Positions 28,932 through 38,553 of a DNA stretch of 64,000 nt are shown piece after piece. Source of the stretch: a bacterium (GTDB taxonomy: Bacteria > Patescibacteriota > Minisyncoccia > Sungbacterales > HO2-52-23); the NCBI GenBank assembly GCA_030697705.1, contig JAUYPE010000006.1:4686-68685 (forward strand), read 5' to 3'. The position numbers and the translations under genes are program-made. The notes under the pieces were generated by a model. The model was not told the origin of the DNA, made no database searches, and saw only the letters and a program-made list of their open reading frames with translations. Each line of letters starts with the position of its first letter. Within the stretch, counting starts at the first letter, position 1.

Positions 28932-29377
28932 CGCTCGTAATACCATACGGAATACGGTTGGCGGGGGATGAAGGGCGGGTTGAAACGGTGCCGGTAGCGT
29001 ATATTCGAGTGCGATATGGTGCTTTCGAAATCCCCGGAATTTTTGTCGTTGATTCAGGAGCAACTACGACTCTTTTGCCCGCTTCCGATGCTGACGAGCT
29101 GGGAATTTCTTTGAAGAAGGGTGGGGAACGAGTCGCGATACAGGGCGCTACTGGTCATGTACTTATGGGATGTCGTCATAGGGTTGATATGGTCATTGAT
29201 AATTTTTTTCTCCATGCCGTACCGGTTATTTTTGCGCGAGCAAAAAACATCCCTCGCGTACTCGGTCGCGAGGGCGTGTTTTCGCGATTTGGGATTCTTT
29301 TTGACGAAGCACGACGGCGTACTGCACTACTTGATGCTCATAAAGAACGAAAAGCCATTGACGGTTTGTTATCATAA
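28928..29377 (+). CDS. retropepsin-like (clan AA) aspartyl protease
   Basis: FVVDSGATTTLLP, ADELGI, VLGREG.F. Confidence 0.85.
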   Translation: MTLVIPYGIRLAGDEGRVETVPVAYIRVRYGAFEIPGIFVVDSGATTTLLPASDADELGISLKKGGERVAIQGATGHVLMGCRHRVDMVIDNFFLHAVPVIFARAKNIPRVLGREGVFSRFGILFDEARRRTALLDAHKERKAIDGLLS

Positions 29378-29396
29378 GACGCGTATCAACCTACCC

Positions 29397-29464
29397 AAAA
29401 ATCGTGGAATCCCCACATGATGATTCCGCAGATGCATAAGGATTGGGAGGTTAACTTGTCGTAG
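29397..29464 (+). repeat. orphan duplicate of the dcd 3' end (cf. 28586..28641)
   Basis: 56 nt with 3 synonymous mismatches; reads KSWNPHMMIPQMHKDWEV-NLS* versus -GSE* in dcd. Confidence 0.92.
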
Positions 29465-29628
29465 CGCTTTCGCTTTTTATTTTGCCCAGCGACAAAATAT
29501 GCTAAGCATCAACACGGTTTCTCTCGGCGACCATCGGGACCGTGCAAACTGTGTCTCAAATTGTCTCAAAATAAAAGCAAAAGCGCCTGCGAACTCGCAA
29601 GATAATGATCGGGGGGGGGATACATTTT

Positions 29629-30894
29629 ATGAAGTATCTCAAAAAATCAGATCCGCACATCGCAAAACTCATTGTGGCAGAAACGAAGCGTCAACAAGAG
29701 ACGCTTGATTTGATTCCGTCCGAAAACATCGTCTCGTCGGCGGTACGGGAGGCACTCGGATCGGCACTGACGAATAAGTATTCGGAAGGGTATCCGAACA
29801 AACGCTACTATGCGGGGAATGCTGTTATTGATGATATTGAACTACTTGCACAAGAACGGGCAAAAAAAGTTTTCCGGTTAGGCAGTGAATGGTCAGTAAA
29901 TGTACAGGCATTATCCGGTTCGCCCGCGAATATGGCGGTATATTTTGCATTGCTGAAGCCCGGAGATACCTTGCTTGGCATGAGTAGACCATTTGGCGGG
30001 CACTTAACCCATGGCGACGCGGTGAACTTCTCAGGGCAGATTTTTAAGTCAGTGCTCTACACAGTCGCCCACGACGGATATCTTGATTATGGGGAGGTGC
30101 ATAAATTGGCAAAACAGCACAAGCCGAAGCTGATTGTCGCGGGAGCGAGCGCGTATTCGCGCATTATTGATTTTGAAAAGTTCGCCAAAATTGCGCATGA
30201 AGTTGGCGCTTATCTTCTCGTAGACATGTCGCATATTTCTGGTTTGGTTGTTGCGGGCGTACATCCCTCGCCTTTTCCCCATGCTGATGTCGTGATGACA
30301 ACAACACATAAAACATTGCGCGGACCGCGAGGAGCACTTATTTTTAGCCGGAACGATAAGATGATTGCGTCGCGCACAAAAGAAGGAAAAGAAATAAGCA
30401 TCACACGGGCGATTGACAGTGCGGTATTTCCGGGACTGCAGGGCGGACCGCATGACAATCAAACCGCGGCGATTGCTGTGGCGCTGGGTGAGGCGATGAA
30501 ACCGGCGTTTAGGGTATATGGGAAGCAGATTGTAAAAAACGCCAAAGCGCTCGCAAAAAATTTGCAAAAACTCGGATTTAAAATCATTTCAGGCGGGACA
30601 GATAATCATCTGATGTTGATTGATATGACACCCCTCGGCATGTCCGGGCGCGAGGCGCAGGATAAGCTTGAATCAGTCGGCATTATTGTGAATCGCAATA
30701 CGATTCCTTACGATACGCGCTCCGCCTTTGATCCATCCGGTATCCGCATCGGCACACCCTCTCTCACGACGCGCGGGATGAAGGAAAAAGAAATGGCGTT
30801 GATTGCCGGATTCCTTCATGCTACCGTGCAGGGGGAAAGTATTGGCACTTTGAAAAAACAGGTCTTGGCACTCTGCCGAAAGTTTCCCGTCTGA
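29629..30894 (+). CDS. glyA: serine hydroxymethyltransferase
   Basis: LIPSEN, TNKYSEGYP, GGHLTHG, TTTHKTLRGPRG, GTDNHL, SGIRIGT. Confidence 0.98.
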   Translation: MKYLKKSDPHIAKLIVAETKRQQETLDLIPSENIVSSAVREALGSALTNKYSEGYPNKRYYAGNAVIDDIELLAQERAKKVFRLGSEWSVNVQALSGSPANMAVYFALLKPGDTLLGMSRPFGGHLTHGDAVNFSGQIFKSVLYTVAHDGYLDYGEVHKLAKQHKPKLIVAGASAYSRIIDFEKFAKIAHEVGAYLLVDMSHISGLVVAGVHPSPFPHADVVMTTTHKTLRGPRGALIFSRNDKMIASRTKEGKEISITRAIDSAVFPGLQGGPHDNQTAAIAVALGEAMKPAFRVYGKQIVKNAKALAKNLQKLGFKIISGGTDNHLMLIDMTPLGMSGREAQDKLESVGIIVNRNTIPYDTRSAFDPSGIRIGTPSLTTRGMKEKEMALIAGFLHATVQGESIGTLKKQVLALCRKFPV

Positions 30895-30931
30895 CGGCAA
30901 AGTTGTTTTTAAAAGAGATGGGAGAATAATC

Positions 30932-31111
30932 GTGAAAAAACTCCTCGCGGTTGTTGGTGCGGCGCTGTCTCTTGCGGGGCTCTATGTCTTTTTCCGGTTT
31001 GAGTTGCTGTGGTGGCATATAGTCGTAGGGTGGGGTGCAAAAATCGTGATTGTTGGCTTCATCGGAGCGATTGTTTGGCGATGGCGCAAGAGGCGTCAAA
31101 GCAATGCATAA
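30932..31111 (+). CDS. small two-TM membrane protein (59 aa, below the ORF-track cutoff)
   Basis: GGAG upstream of GTG; MKKLLAVVGAALSLAGLYVFFRFELLWWHIVVGWGAKIVIVGFIGAIVWRWRKRRQSNA*; hairpin with U-tract follows. Confidence 0.65.
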   Translation: MKKLLAVVGAALSLAGLYVFFRFELLWWHIVVGWGAKIVIVGFIGAIVWRWRKRRQSNA

Positions 31112-31173
31112 ATAAAGGGGAGCGTGCCCATCGCGCGCTTCCTTTTTTCATATTCGTCTGTTAGGATGCGAGC

Positions 31174-32007
31174 ATGATTATTGTTGACGGAAAAGCGATC
31201 GCGGCGGGTATTCTTGACGAGGTGCGGAACGAGGTCGCCGCATCAAAAAAGAAACTGCGCCTCGGTGTGGTGGTTGTGGGAAATGATGTGGTGACGCGCC
31301 ATTTTGTGATGGAGAAGCGCCGTGTCGCCGAGTCGGTCGGTATTGATATGCGGGTCTATCCATTTCCGGAGACGGTCATGCCGAATGAACTCCGTGCCCG
31401 CGTTACCGAGCTTGTGCGCGAGGAGCACAATACGGGCATCATTATTCAACTTCCTCTGCCATCGCACCTGCCGCGCCAGCATATCCTTAATGCCGTCACG
31501 CCGGAGAAAGATATTGATATGCTCTCCGCGCGCGCGGTGGGAAATTTCACCGTGGGCAAGGGAGTTCTCGTCCCGCCCGTCGTGGGTGCCATTCAGGAAA
31601 TTGCCGCGGCTCACGGGGTTGAATTTATTGGAAAAAATATCGTGGTGGTCGGTGCCGGTCCATTGGTGGGGCGGCCGGTGGTGCTATGGCTTCTGCGATC
31701 CGGCGCGACTTTTAGCGTCGTGCGTAAAAGTACCCCCGATCCCGCATCGTTTTTACGTTCCGCGGATATTATTATCTCCGGCATCGGTAAGCCGCGTTTT
31801 ATTACCGGTGTGATGGTAAAGACAGGCATTGCCGCGTTTGATGCGGGGACGGCGGAATCGGAGGGTAAAATCGCAGGGGACTTTGATGATGATTCTGTTG
31901 CACCGAAATGTTCGCTTATCACACCCGTCCCCGGAGGTATCGGACCGCTCACCGTCGCCATACTTTTGCGAAATCTTGTTCTGCTGGCACGCAGTCGCAA
32001 AAAATAA
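31174..32007 (+). CDS. folD: methylene-THF dehydrogenase/cyclohydrolase
   Basis: IVDGK, GIIIQLPLP, KDID, LVGRP, GDFD, TPVPGGIGPLT. Confidence 0.95.
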   Translation: MIIVDGKAIAAGILDEVRNEVAASKKKLRLGVVVVGNDVVTRHFVMEKRRVAESVGIDMRVYPFPETVMPNELRARVTELVREEHNTGIIIQLPLPSHLPRQHILNAVTPEKDIDMLSARAVGNFTVGKGVLVPPVVGAIQEIAAAHGVEFIGKNIVVVGAGPLVGRPVVLWLLRSGATFSVVRKSTPDPASFLRSADIIISGIGKPRFITGVMVKTGIAAFDAGTAESEGKIAGDFDDDSVAPKCSLITPVPGGIGPLTVAILLRNLVLLARSRKK

Positions 32008-32121
32008 TCGCCAGTACGCGCGCTCTCAAGCCGATCGTGGTATGCATGCTTCTGTTCCGGAATGCGTATCTTATGGTATAATAGAAAGCGTAAAAACGCT
32101 TTCAGCTTTCTGCCATTTTTT

Positions 32122-34278
32122 ATGGCATACCTTTTTCCGGTCAGAAAAACAATGTTTTATCGTACGATCGCTTTGCTCGCGTTCGGTATATTTTTTGTGG
32201 AAGTATTCGTGTGGCAAGCGGCGCAACCTTCGTTCCCATGGGGATCTTCCCCGCGGCGGGAATTCGCCGCCGTCGGTTCTTTGGCGGGTGACGGGGAGGT
32301 GGTACAGAATACGGAGGTTGCGGCAAACTTTTCAGCCGATGAATTGGAAGATATCGTCACTCCCGCGGTTGTGCGTGTGATCCAGCATATCAGCGGAACG
32401 GTGGTTCTCGCCGGTTTTTCGGTGGATGCGGCATCCCTCACCTTCACGCCCGCTCCGCTCCAAAAAAAAATACCTATTGATGTGTATGCGAGCGGCGCGG
32501 GATTCTTTGTCAATCCCGACGGATATGCGTTGGTAAGTGCGCGTACTGTTTCCCTTGAGGGGGCGAAACAGGTGCTTATTACTCGCACGATTGAAATGGC
32601 GCTTTCGCAATCGGTGGTAGAGCCATCGGGAGGTGCGAAGAATGAGCGACACGCCGTGCTTAAGGCAAATATCGCGCGCTACCTGCGCGAGAAGAGCGTT
32701 TTTCATCTGGAACAGACGAGTGTCATTGCCAACCCCTCCTCTCCAAAAAAGAAGGTGGCGGATCTCTTTACGGACGGCTATCCTGTGAGAATTCTTAGTG
32801 CCAATGAACATTTTCTTGAAGATGGCCGTGATGTTGCGCTGGTACATATTGATCAAGAGGGCGTTCCGGCGCTCGCTTTGAGCGGTGTGGTGGCACCCGA
32901 GGTCGGTACGTCGCTTTTCGTTGCTGGTGTTCCCTTCTCGCATGCCGTAGCGGCGGCTCCCGTTGGTGCGGTCACTTCCTCATTGATAAAAAATACCCTC
33001 GGCGGTGCCGTGCGGGGGTCTGCGGGTGTCACCACGCTCTTTGCCACGGATGCTCATCTTGCTCCGGAGATGAGCGGTGCGCCAATCGTCAATCAGGACG
33101 GCACCGTTGTTGGGATGGCGGTATTCGTCTCAAAACTCCCTCTTGCACAATCGGAAATGTCTCCGGCATTTATGCTCGGCGTCTCTTCCCTTCGTGACGA
33201 GCTGACCGGTCGTTTTATTATTCCCCGCGAGGGCGTCTACTCGGTCGCGGTTCGCAAAGGGATCGACTTGTTGCATAATCGCCGTTGCAGTGAAGCACTT
33301 GCCGCGTTCACCGAGGCGCGGCGAACGAATGCACTCTTTTTCTCCGCGGATCGCCTTACTGCGTATGAAGGGCAATGCGACTCGTTCACCATCGGCGGTA
33401 TTTCTCTTACGCTTCTCTGGGAAGACATACAGAATAGGACACGCTCTTTAAACAGACAGGTTCGCCTTGCGATTCTGGGTGGTGCCTCCTTGCTGATCAT
33501 ATTGCTCGTGATAGTGGTTCATCTTTCCCGCAAGGTCACCAAGGAACGCGCGCTTCACCGTATCAATGAAAATCTTACTTCAAAAAAGACTCCACCGAGG
33601 AGTATCCTGGGGCTTCCCCGCCAGCCGGTGCTCCAGCAGAAATATAAACCGTCGCCGACTTTTCTCAAACCGACACATTTTCCTTATGTGCGCAAAAAGG
33701 TACTGCCGCCGCTCTTGACGGATACGCCCGAGTCCTCCGAGTTGCCGCCTGTCTCCCCAATCGCGTCCGTACCGCTTATCTCGTCGGTGCCCCGCGAGTT
33801 GGTAATCCCCCCCGACGCGGTCGAGCAAAAAATAATTCATCAACTCTCCGATGAGGAGGAGGCGCGAATACTGAAAAAAAAGTCACCCTCGCGCTCTCTG
33901 CCGCCAACCGGACCGATTATGGAGGGAGGCATCCTGTCCGGTATTGATGAAGCGATCGGACTTGAGCGACCGCGTGATCCTCGTCTGCGCACCATGCTTC
34001 ACCAGCTGGCAACCGAGGACGAGAATAGCGCAGCGCATCATCATATGCCCGCCGCCGACGCACTATGGGCGCTCCCCGACGATTCTACCGCAGAACACAA
34101 AGACGACATGGTGCAAGCAAAGGAGTTTGTACCCCCCGATGTTGATCCGACCGTTTTTGCCTATGTGCGCGATGCGCATCGTTCCAGGATGAGCCGTGAG
34201 ATGATCACAGAGGAGCTTACGCGGGCGGGTTGGCCGCGTGAGGCGATTAAACGAGCACTTGACGCGCGGGACAGATAA
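32122..34278 (+). CDS. membrane protein with degenerate trypsin-like domain and Pro-rich cytoplasmic tail
   Basis: SGAGFFVNPDGY.LVSARTV, DVALVHI, EMSGAPIVNQDG.VVGM; two TM segments. Confidence 0.75.
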   Translation: MAYLFPVRKTMFYRTIALLAFGIFFVEVFVWQAAQPSFPWGSSPRREFAAVGSLAGDGEVVQNTEVAANFSADELEDIVTPAVVRVIQHISGTVVLAGFSVDAASLTFTPAPLQKKIPIDVYASGAGFFVNPDGYALVSARTVSLEGAKQVLITRTIEMALSQSVVEPSGGAKNERHAVLKANIARYLREKSVFHLEQTSVIANPSSPKKKVADLFTDGYPVRILSANEHFLEDGRDVALVHIDQEGVPALALSGVVAPEVGTSLFVAGVPFSHAVAAAPVGAVTSSLIKNTLGGAVRGSAGVTTLFATDAHLAPEMSGAPIVNQDGTVVGMAVFVSKLPLAQSEMSPAFMLGVSSLRDELTGRFIIPREGVYSVAVRKGIDLLHNRRCSEALAAFTEARRTNALFFSADRLTAYEGQCDSFTIGGISLTLLWEDIQNRTRSLNRQVRLAILGGASLLIILLVIVVHLSRKVTKERALHRINENLTSKKTPPRSILGLPRQPVLQQKYKPSPTFLKPTHFPYVRKKVLPPLLTDTPESSELPPVSPIASVPLISSVPRELVIPPDAVEQKIIHQLSDEEEARILKKKSPSRSLPPTGPIMEGGILSGIDEAIGLERPRDPRLRTMLHQLATEDENSAAHHHMPAADALWALPDDSTAEHKDDMVQAKEFVPPDVDPTVFAYVRDAHRSRMSREMITEELTRAGWPREAIKRALDARDR

Positions 34279-34369
34279 TTAAAAACTCCAGACGGGGTAT
34301 CCGATGTGCCCATACGACTCACCCCTTTCAGGAAATTCGTGAAAAATACAGATTTTTTTGTTCAATAAT

Positions 34370-35758
34370 TTATCTCAATACGTTATACACGATTGTAGGT
34401 GAAGTGTTGATTTGTTTTTCCTGTCGGAGGAGTGTACGAACTTCTCCCACCACATAAAGGGAGCCGGTGATGAGCACGAGTCCGTCATCCGCGAGTGTCG
34501 CGCGAGCTTTCTTTAGTGCTTCGTGGGGAGAGGCGGTGCAGGCAATAGGAGCAGTAATTCCCTTCGCGTATAAAAGTTCGGCGAGCGCCGCAGGATCCAT
34601 GCCGGTGCTTTTCCCCGTATCCGTTACGGCGGAGCTTTGTGTAAATCTGAAGTCGACAATCAACGGCGCGAGGATATCAAGCATGCTCGCAACATCTTTT
34701 CCTGTCTTTGCCCCGAAAACGCAGGATATTTTTTTGTCGGGAAAAATTTCACGAATGGCATCAACTAATGCCCGCATTTTTGCGGGATTGTGCGCGCCGT
34801 CAAGAACAATAAGCGGGGAGCGCGAAATAATTTCCATGCGTCCGGGTACGCGGCATGCGGCCAGACCCTGGCGAAATGCGACAGGCGCTATGGCAACTCT
34901 TGTTTCTTCCAGCGCTTCAACTGCGGCGACGGCGCATGCGGCATTTTCTATTTGGTGCCGACCGAGGAGGGAGATTGTTAAATCAGTATAATTTTTTTTT
35001 GAGGTCGTGATGGAAAATCGGGAACCATTGCTATTGGATGCGGTGATGGAATAGGTGACATCTCTGCCGATGAGCATAAGGAGTGCATTTTTTTCACGGC
35101 ATCTGTTTTCTATGATCTCGCGCACGCTTGGCTGTTTTGCGGCACTTATGACTTGCATGCCTTGTTTTATAATCCCTGCCTTGTCGCGCGCGATTTCCTC
35201 CACCGTATTGCCGAGAATTTCCGTGTGGTCCAGGTCAACATTCGTGAGTACCGCGACGGGCGGCGCAAGAACATTTGTCGCATCCCGTTCGCCGCCGAGA
35301 CCAACCTCAACCACCGCGATCTCAACACCCGAGCGGCGGAAGTGTTCAAACGCGAGTGAGACGAGGACCTCAAAATAAGTTGGGGTGCCAAAGCTGCCGG
35401 TTTTCTCCACTTCTTCAACAAACGGGCGAATCCACGAAACCAGCACGGCAAAATCTTCCTGCGTAATTGCTACGCCGTTTATCTGTATTCGCTCGCCGAT
35501 ATACTCCAAATGGGGTGAGACATGGAGTCCCGTCTTATATCCCGCCGCTGTGAGAATAGAGCTAATAAGATAGCATGTTGATCCCTTCCCCGATGTTCCG
35601 CCAACATGCACACTCTTAAAACTCCGCTCCGGATTCCCGATACGTGCAAGCAGGGCTTGGATTCTTTCAAGCCGCAAATTCTGCACGAGCGGTGTTCCGG
35701 CTTTCGGAATCAATGACTCAACATACGCGAGGGATTGGGGGAAAGAAAAACGATCCAT
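34370..35758 (-). CDS. folC: folylpolyglutamate synthase/dihydrofolate synthase
   Basis: HVGGTSGKGS, SPHL, TYFE, EVGLGG.RDATN, PGRME, LDGAHNP, TGSLY. Confidence 0.96.
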   Translation of the reverse strand: MDRFSFPQSLAYVESLIPKAGTPLVQNLRLERIQALLARIGNPERSFKSVHVGGTSGKGSTCYLISSILTAAGYKTGLHVSPHLEYIGERIQINGVAITQEDFAVLVSWIRPFVEEVEKTGSFGTPTYFEVLVSLAFEHFRRSGVEIAVVEVGLGGERDATNVLAPPVAVLTNVDLDHTEILGNTVEEIARDKAGIIKQGMQVISAAKQPSVREIIENRCREKNALLMLIGRDVTYSITASNSNGSRFSITTSKKNYTDLTISLLGRHQIENAACAVAAVEALEETRVAIAPVAFRQGLAACRVPGRMEIISRSPLIVLDGAHNPAKMRALVDAIREIFPDKKISCVFGAKTGKDVASMLDILAPLIVDFRFTQSSAVTDTGKSTGMDPAALAELLYAKGITAPIACTASPHEALKKARATLADDGLVLITGSLYVVGEVRTLLRQEKQINTSPTIVYNVLR

Positions 35759-35779
35759 TGCATTATCCTACAGATTTAT

Positions 35780-36120
35780 TAAAAAAAGTCAGTTACCCGC
35801 GAGAGCGCACAAGTGTCCTCGAACAAATGCCAGGGGTGGAGATTGTAGAACAGAACATTCAGGTTGATCACATCCACACCGTGATGATCATCCCATCCAA
35901 GTATGCGGTAAGCGCGGTGGTCGCACAACTGAAGGCGAAGAGTGCCGGAAGGCTGCGGAAAAAGTTTGTATGGCTTGATAAGATGTATTGGAAAGAACTG
36001 AACATCGTTTGGTCGCCTGGCTTCTTTGTTGCTACCGTGGGACTGGACGAGAAACACATTATTCACTATGTCAGATGGCAACAACGCCAGGATTCAGGAC
36101 AGTTAAAACTGAATTTTTGA
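35780..36120 (+). pseudogene. tnpA: 5'-truncated IS200/IS605 Y1 transposase (TnpA) fragment
   Basis: DHIH (HuH), IP.KYAVS.VV..LK..S, WSPGFFVATVG, Y...Q; N-terminal part absent. Confidence 0.8.
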
Positions 36121-36185
36121 TTCAGTTTTAACCTTGTTTTCCGCCACCGCCGAATTTCGCGCCAGTGAAACTGGCGCACCTCCTA

Positions 36186-37115
36186 CTAGCTGTTCATTAT
36201 AAATTCTATAATAGCGTAGGTCGCCCAAAAAACCAAAAGCATATATCCTTCCTTTTTTGTGATTATTCGTCCCGAACGCATAAAATGCAGAAGCACAAGT
36301 GAAGCGACTACCATAAATGCTCCTGTGATATAAACAATTTTTATAGGAAAAAAGAAAGGACTAATGAGAGAAAGAACTCCCACGACAATAGTTGCGTCTG
36401 CCAGCACCGACCCTAAAATATCACCAATCGCTAGTCCGTCATCCTTTCTCTTTATCGATTTGAGCGAATAAAACAATTCCGGCATCGTCGTCCCAAAACT
36501 AACAACAAGCATAGCAATAAGAATCGGCGTTATTTTCAGTGCGTGGGCTAACTCGATTGCTGAGGTTACTGTAAAGTGCGCGCCGACCAACAAAAGAGCC
36601 ATGGCAAAAAGCAGAAGAGTAAAATTTTTATATTTTCCGCTCCCATCGTGTGACCTCTCCGATACCTCTCTGCTGTTTTTAAAAACAAGATAGTAAAAAA
36701 GCGTACCAGCAATAATAAGAGCCGCACCCTCAACTCGGGAATAGTGACCGTTTAGTCCAAAGACAAGCGGTAGTAAGAGAAAAAACGGGTATAGGTGGAC
36801 ATGTTTTAATATCTTGCTTTCAATTTTTATTCCTCGTCTGGCGTATATGCTTAAAATTGCGAAAATGAGCGTCAAGTCGGCAATATTTGATCCGAACAAT
36901 GTGCCGAGACCGAACTCGGGGATTCCTTCAACCACTGAACTTATTGCAATGAGCGTTTCAGGCAAAATTGAAATAAAGGCGACTATGATAAAACTGATAA
37001 TGTATTTTGGGAGATGAAAATTTCTCGCAAGTTTTGTGGAATATTTAGTGGCCAGCGTCGCGCCCCTAACAACCAGAAGTAATGAAAAGATGAAAATTAA
37101 AAGATTTTCTATCAT
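36186..37115 (-). CDS. sodium:calcium antiporter (CaCA family)
   Basis: SILPE...GSNI and GTTMPE...IGDILGS alpha repeats; ~10 TM. Confidence 0.9.
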   Translation of the reverse strand: MIENLLIFIFSLLLVVRGATLATKYSTKLARNFHLPKYIISFIIVAFISILPETLIAISSVVEGIPEFGLGTLFGSNIADLTLIFAILSIYARRGIKIESKILKHVHLYPFFLLLPLVFGLNGHYSRVEGAALIIAGTLFYYLVFKNSREVSERSHDGSGKYKNFTLLLFAMALLLVGAHFTVTSAIELAHALKITPILIAMLVVSFGTTMPELFYSLKSIKRKDDGLAIGDILGSVLADATIVVGVLSLISPFFFPIKIVYITGAFMVVASLVLLHFMRSGRIITKKEGYMLLVFWATYAIIEFIMNS

Positions 37116-37246
37116 GATTGTTTCCTAAAAGATAATGTGCAGCTTTTTAATTTCTTTTGAACTAGACCATCCCGGCTGGCTTACTGGTCGGAGGTTTATC
37201 TCAAAATTCATAATTTCATATGCATAAGACCCATTGCCGCATACTT

Positions 37247-37930
37247 TTATGAATGACTTTGCGCCTTACGGTAAAACCAATATCCTCCTCCTGCCATAAT
37301 GCCCGTGGTCAAGAGATAGCCCAGTATGATGAGAAACGGGTGCGCAGTAATATATGCCGACAGCAGACTGCCAAAAGCGACCAGGAGTGCCGCGGGTCCA
37401 ATTCCTATAGGCACAAGCAGAGCAAGAAATTTCCAAAAGGGCATAGTGGTAAGTCCGGCGGCATAGGTTACTCCCTCCGGAAATGAAAAGAAAACAAGGC
37501 GCGCATGAATAAGACCGCGCGGCGTTCCCAAATAGGCGAGAATGATATCAATGATCTTCATGCCTGGTTTTGTAACAAAATACTGCACGACTTTTCGTCC
37601 GAATATGCGGCTGATGAAAAACGCAATGGCACTTCCTAAAAGATCGCCTAAAGATGTGTAGATAAAGCCATGCCAAAAACCGAATGCGGCTCCCGCAATC
37701 GGGTAGAGCGGGGATCCGCCAAGAGGAGCAATAACCAACGTGGATGCTTTGAGCAGAATGACGATAAAAGGTCCCCAAATGCCCGCCGCCGCAATCCGTT
37801 CGCGCGTTTCGCTTATGCCTAAAAATTGCGCAAAGAAATAAATTGCGGCGATGGTAAGACCAAGCCAGAGTATGTTGAGCATCGTCTCTTGATAGCCGGC
37901 TTTTACGCCTTTCAGCTGAATTTTTGACAT
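37247..37930 (-). CDS. TVP38/DedA (VTT domain) membrane protein
   Basis: APLGG.PL..IAGAAFG, GS.IAFFISRIFGR, YAAGLT. Confidence 0.88.
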   Translation of the reverse strand: MSKIQLKGVKAGYQETMLNILWLGLTIAAIYFFAQFLGISETRERIAAAGIWGPFIVILLKASTLVIAPLGGSPLYPIAGAAFGFWHGFIYTSLGDLLGSAIAFFISRIFGRKVVQYFVTKPGMKIIDIILAYLGTPRGLIHARLVFFSFPEGVTYAAGLTTMPFWKFLALLVPIGIGPAALLVAFGSLLSAYITAHPFLIILGYLLTTGIMAGGGYWFYRKAQSHS

Positions 37931-38091
37931 AACTACTGGGATATTCTTATGTCAATATCCTGGGGTTTGGCGTTTCCTCGCCTTCAGGCGAAGGCTTCAG
38001 CAGGTTAGTTCTCGTTCATTCCTTATTTTGCCTGTTGTCCATCGTATTCAGACGGTCACTGGGAACCTGTGTACTTTTAGCGCACAGTGGT

Positions 38092-38484
38092 TCAATTGGC
38101 GACACAAGTTCCGTCAAAAAATCCAAAAGGTGGCTCAAGGTCAATAGCAAGCGTTTTGCTTAACTTAGAGAAATTTCCCTTAAGTGTTTTTTGCGGATAT
38201 GTTTCGAAAATCTGAAGTTGGTCGCCCGCTTCTTCAATGTGTCCGTAGTATTCAACCCATTCATTCGGAATCTCTAAGTTGATTGAGCCATTGGAATCGC
38301 TCCTAACCCATGGTCTATATTCCGTTAATTTCATATAGACGGTCATAGGTCGAGTGGTGCCATTGAGAGATATTTCACCAGAGCATTGGAAACTTGATTC
38401 TACCTCAGAAAAGTTGGCAGCAAAGAAAAACAAAACAACAATGCCCAATACGCCAGACCCAACATATTTGAGTGATTTTTTCAT
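38092..38484 (-). CDS. hypothetical membrane-anchored protein
   Basis: 130-aa ORF with N-terminal TM helix and a Cys pair. Confidence 0.65.
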   Translation of the reverse strand: MKKSLKYVGSGVLGIVVLFFFAANFSEVESSFQCSGEISLNGTTRPMTVYMKLTEYRPWVRSDSNGSINLEIPNEWVEYYGHIEEAGDQLQIFETYPQKTLKGNFSKLSKTLAIDLEPPFGFFDGTCVAN

Positions 38485-38553
38485 AGATTTATTTTTTATG
38501 GTTTAATGCTCCCCAACACCATGTAGTAAAAGATACGCCTAATGTCAAAATTA

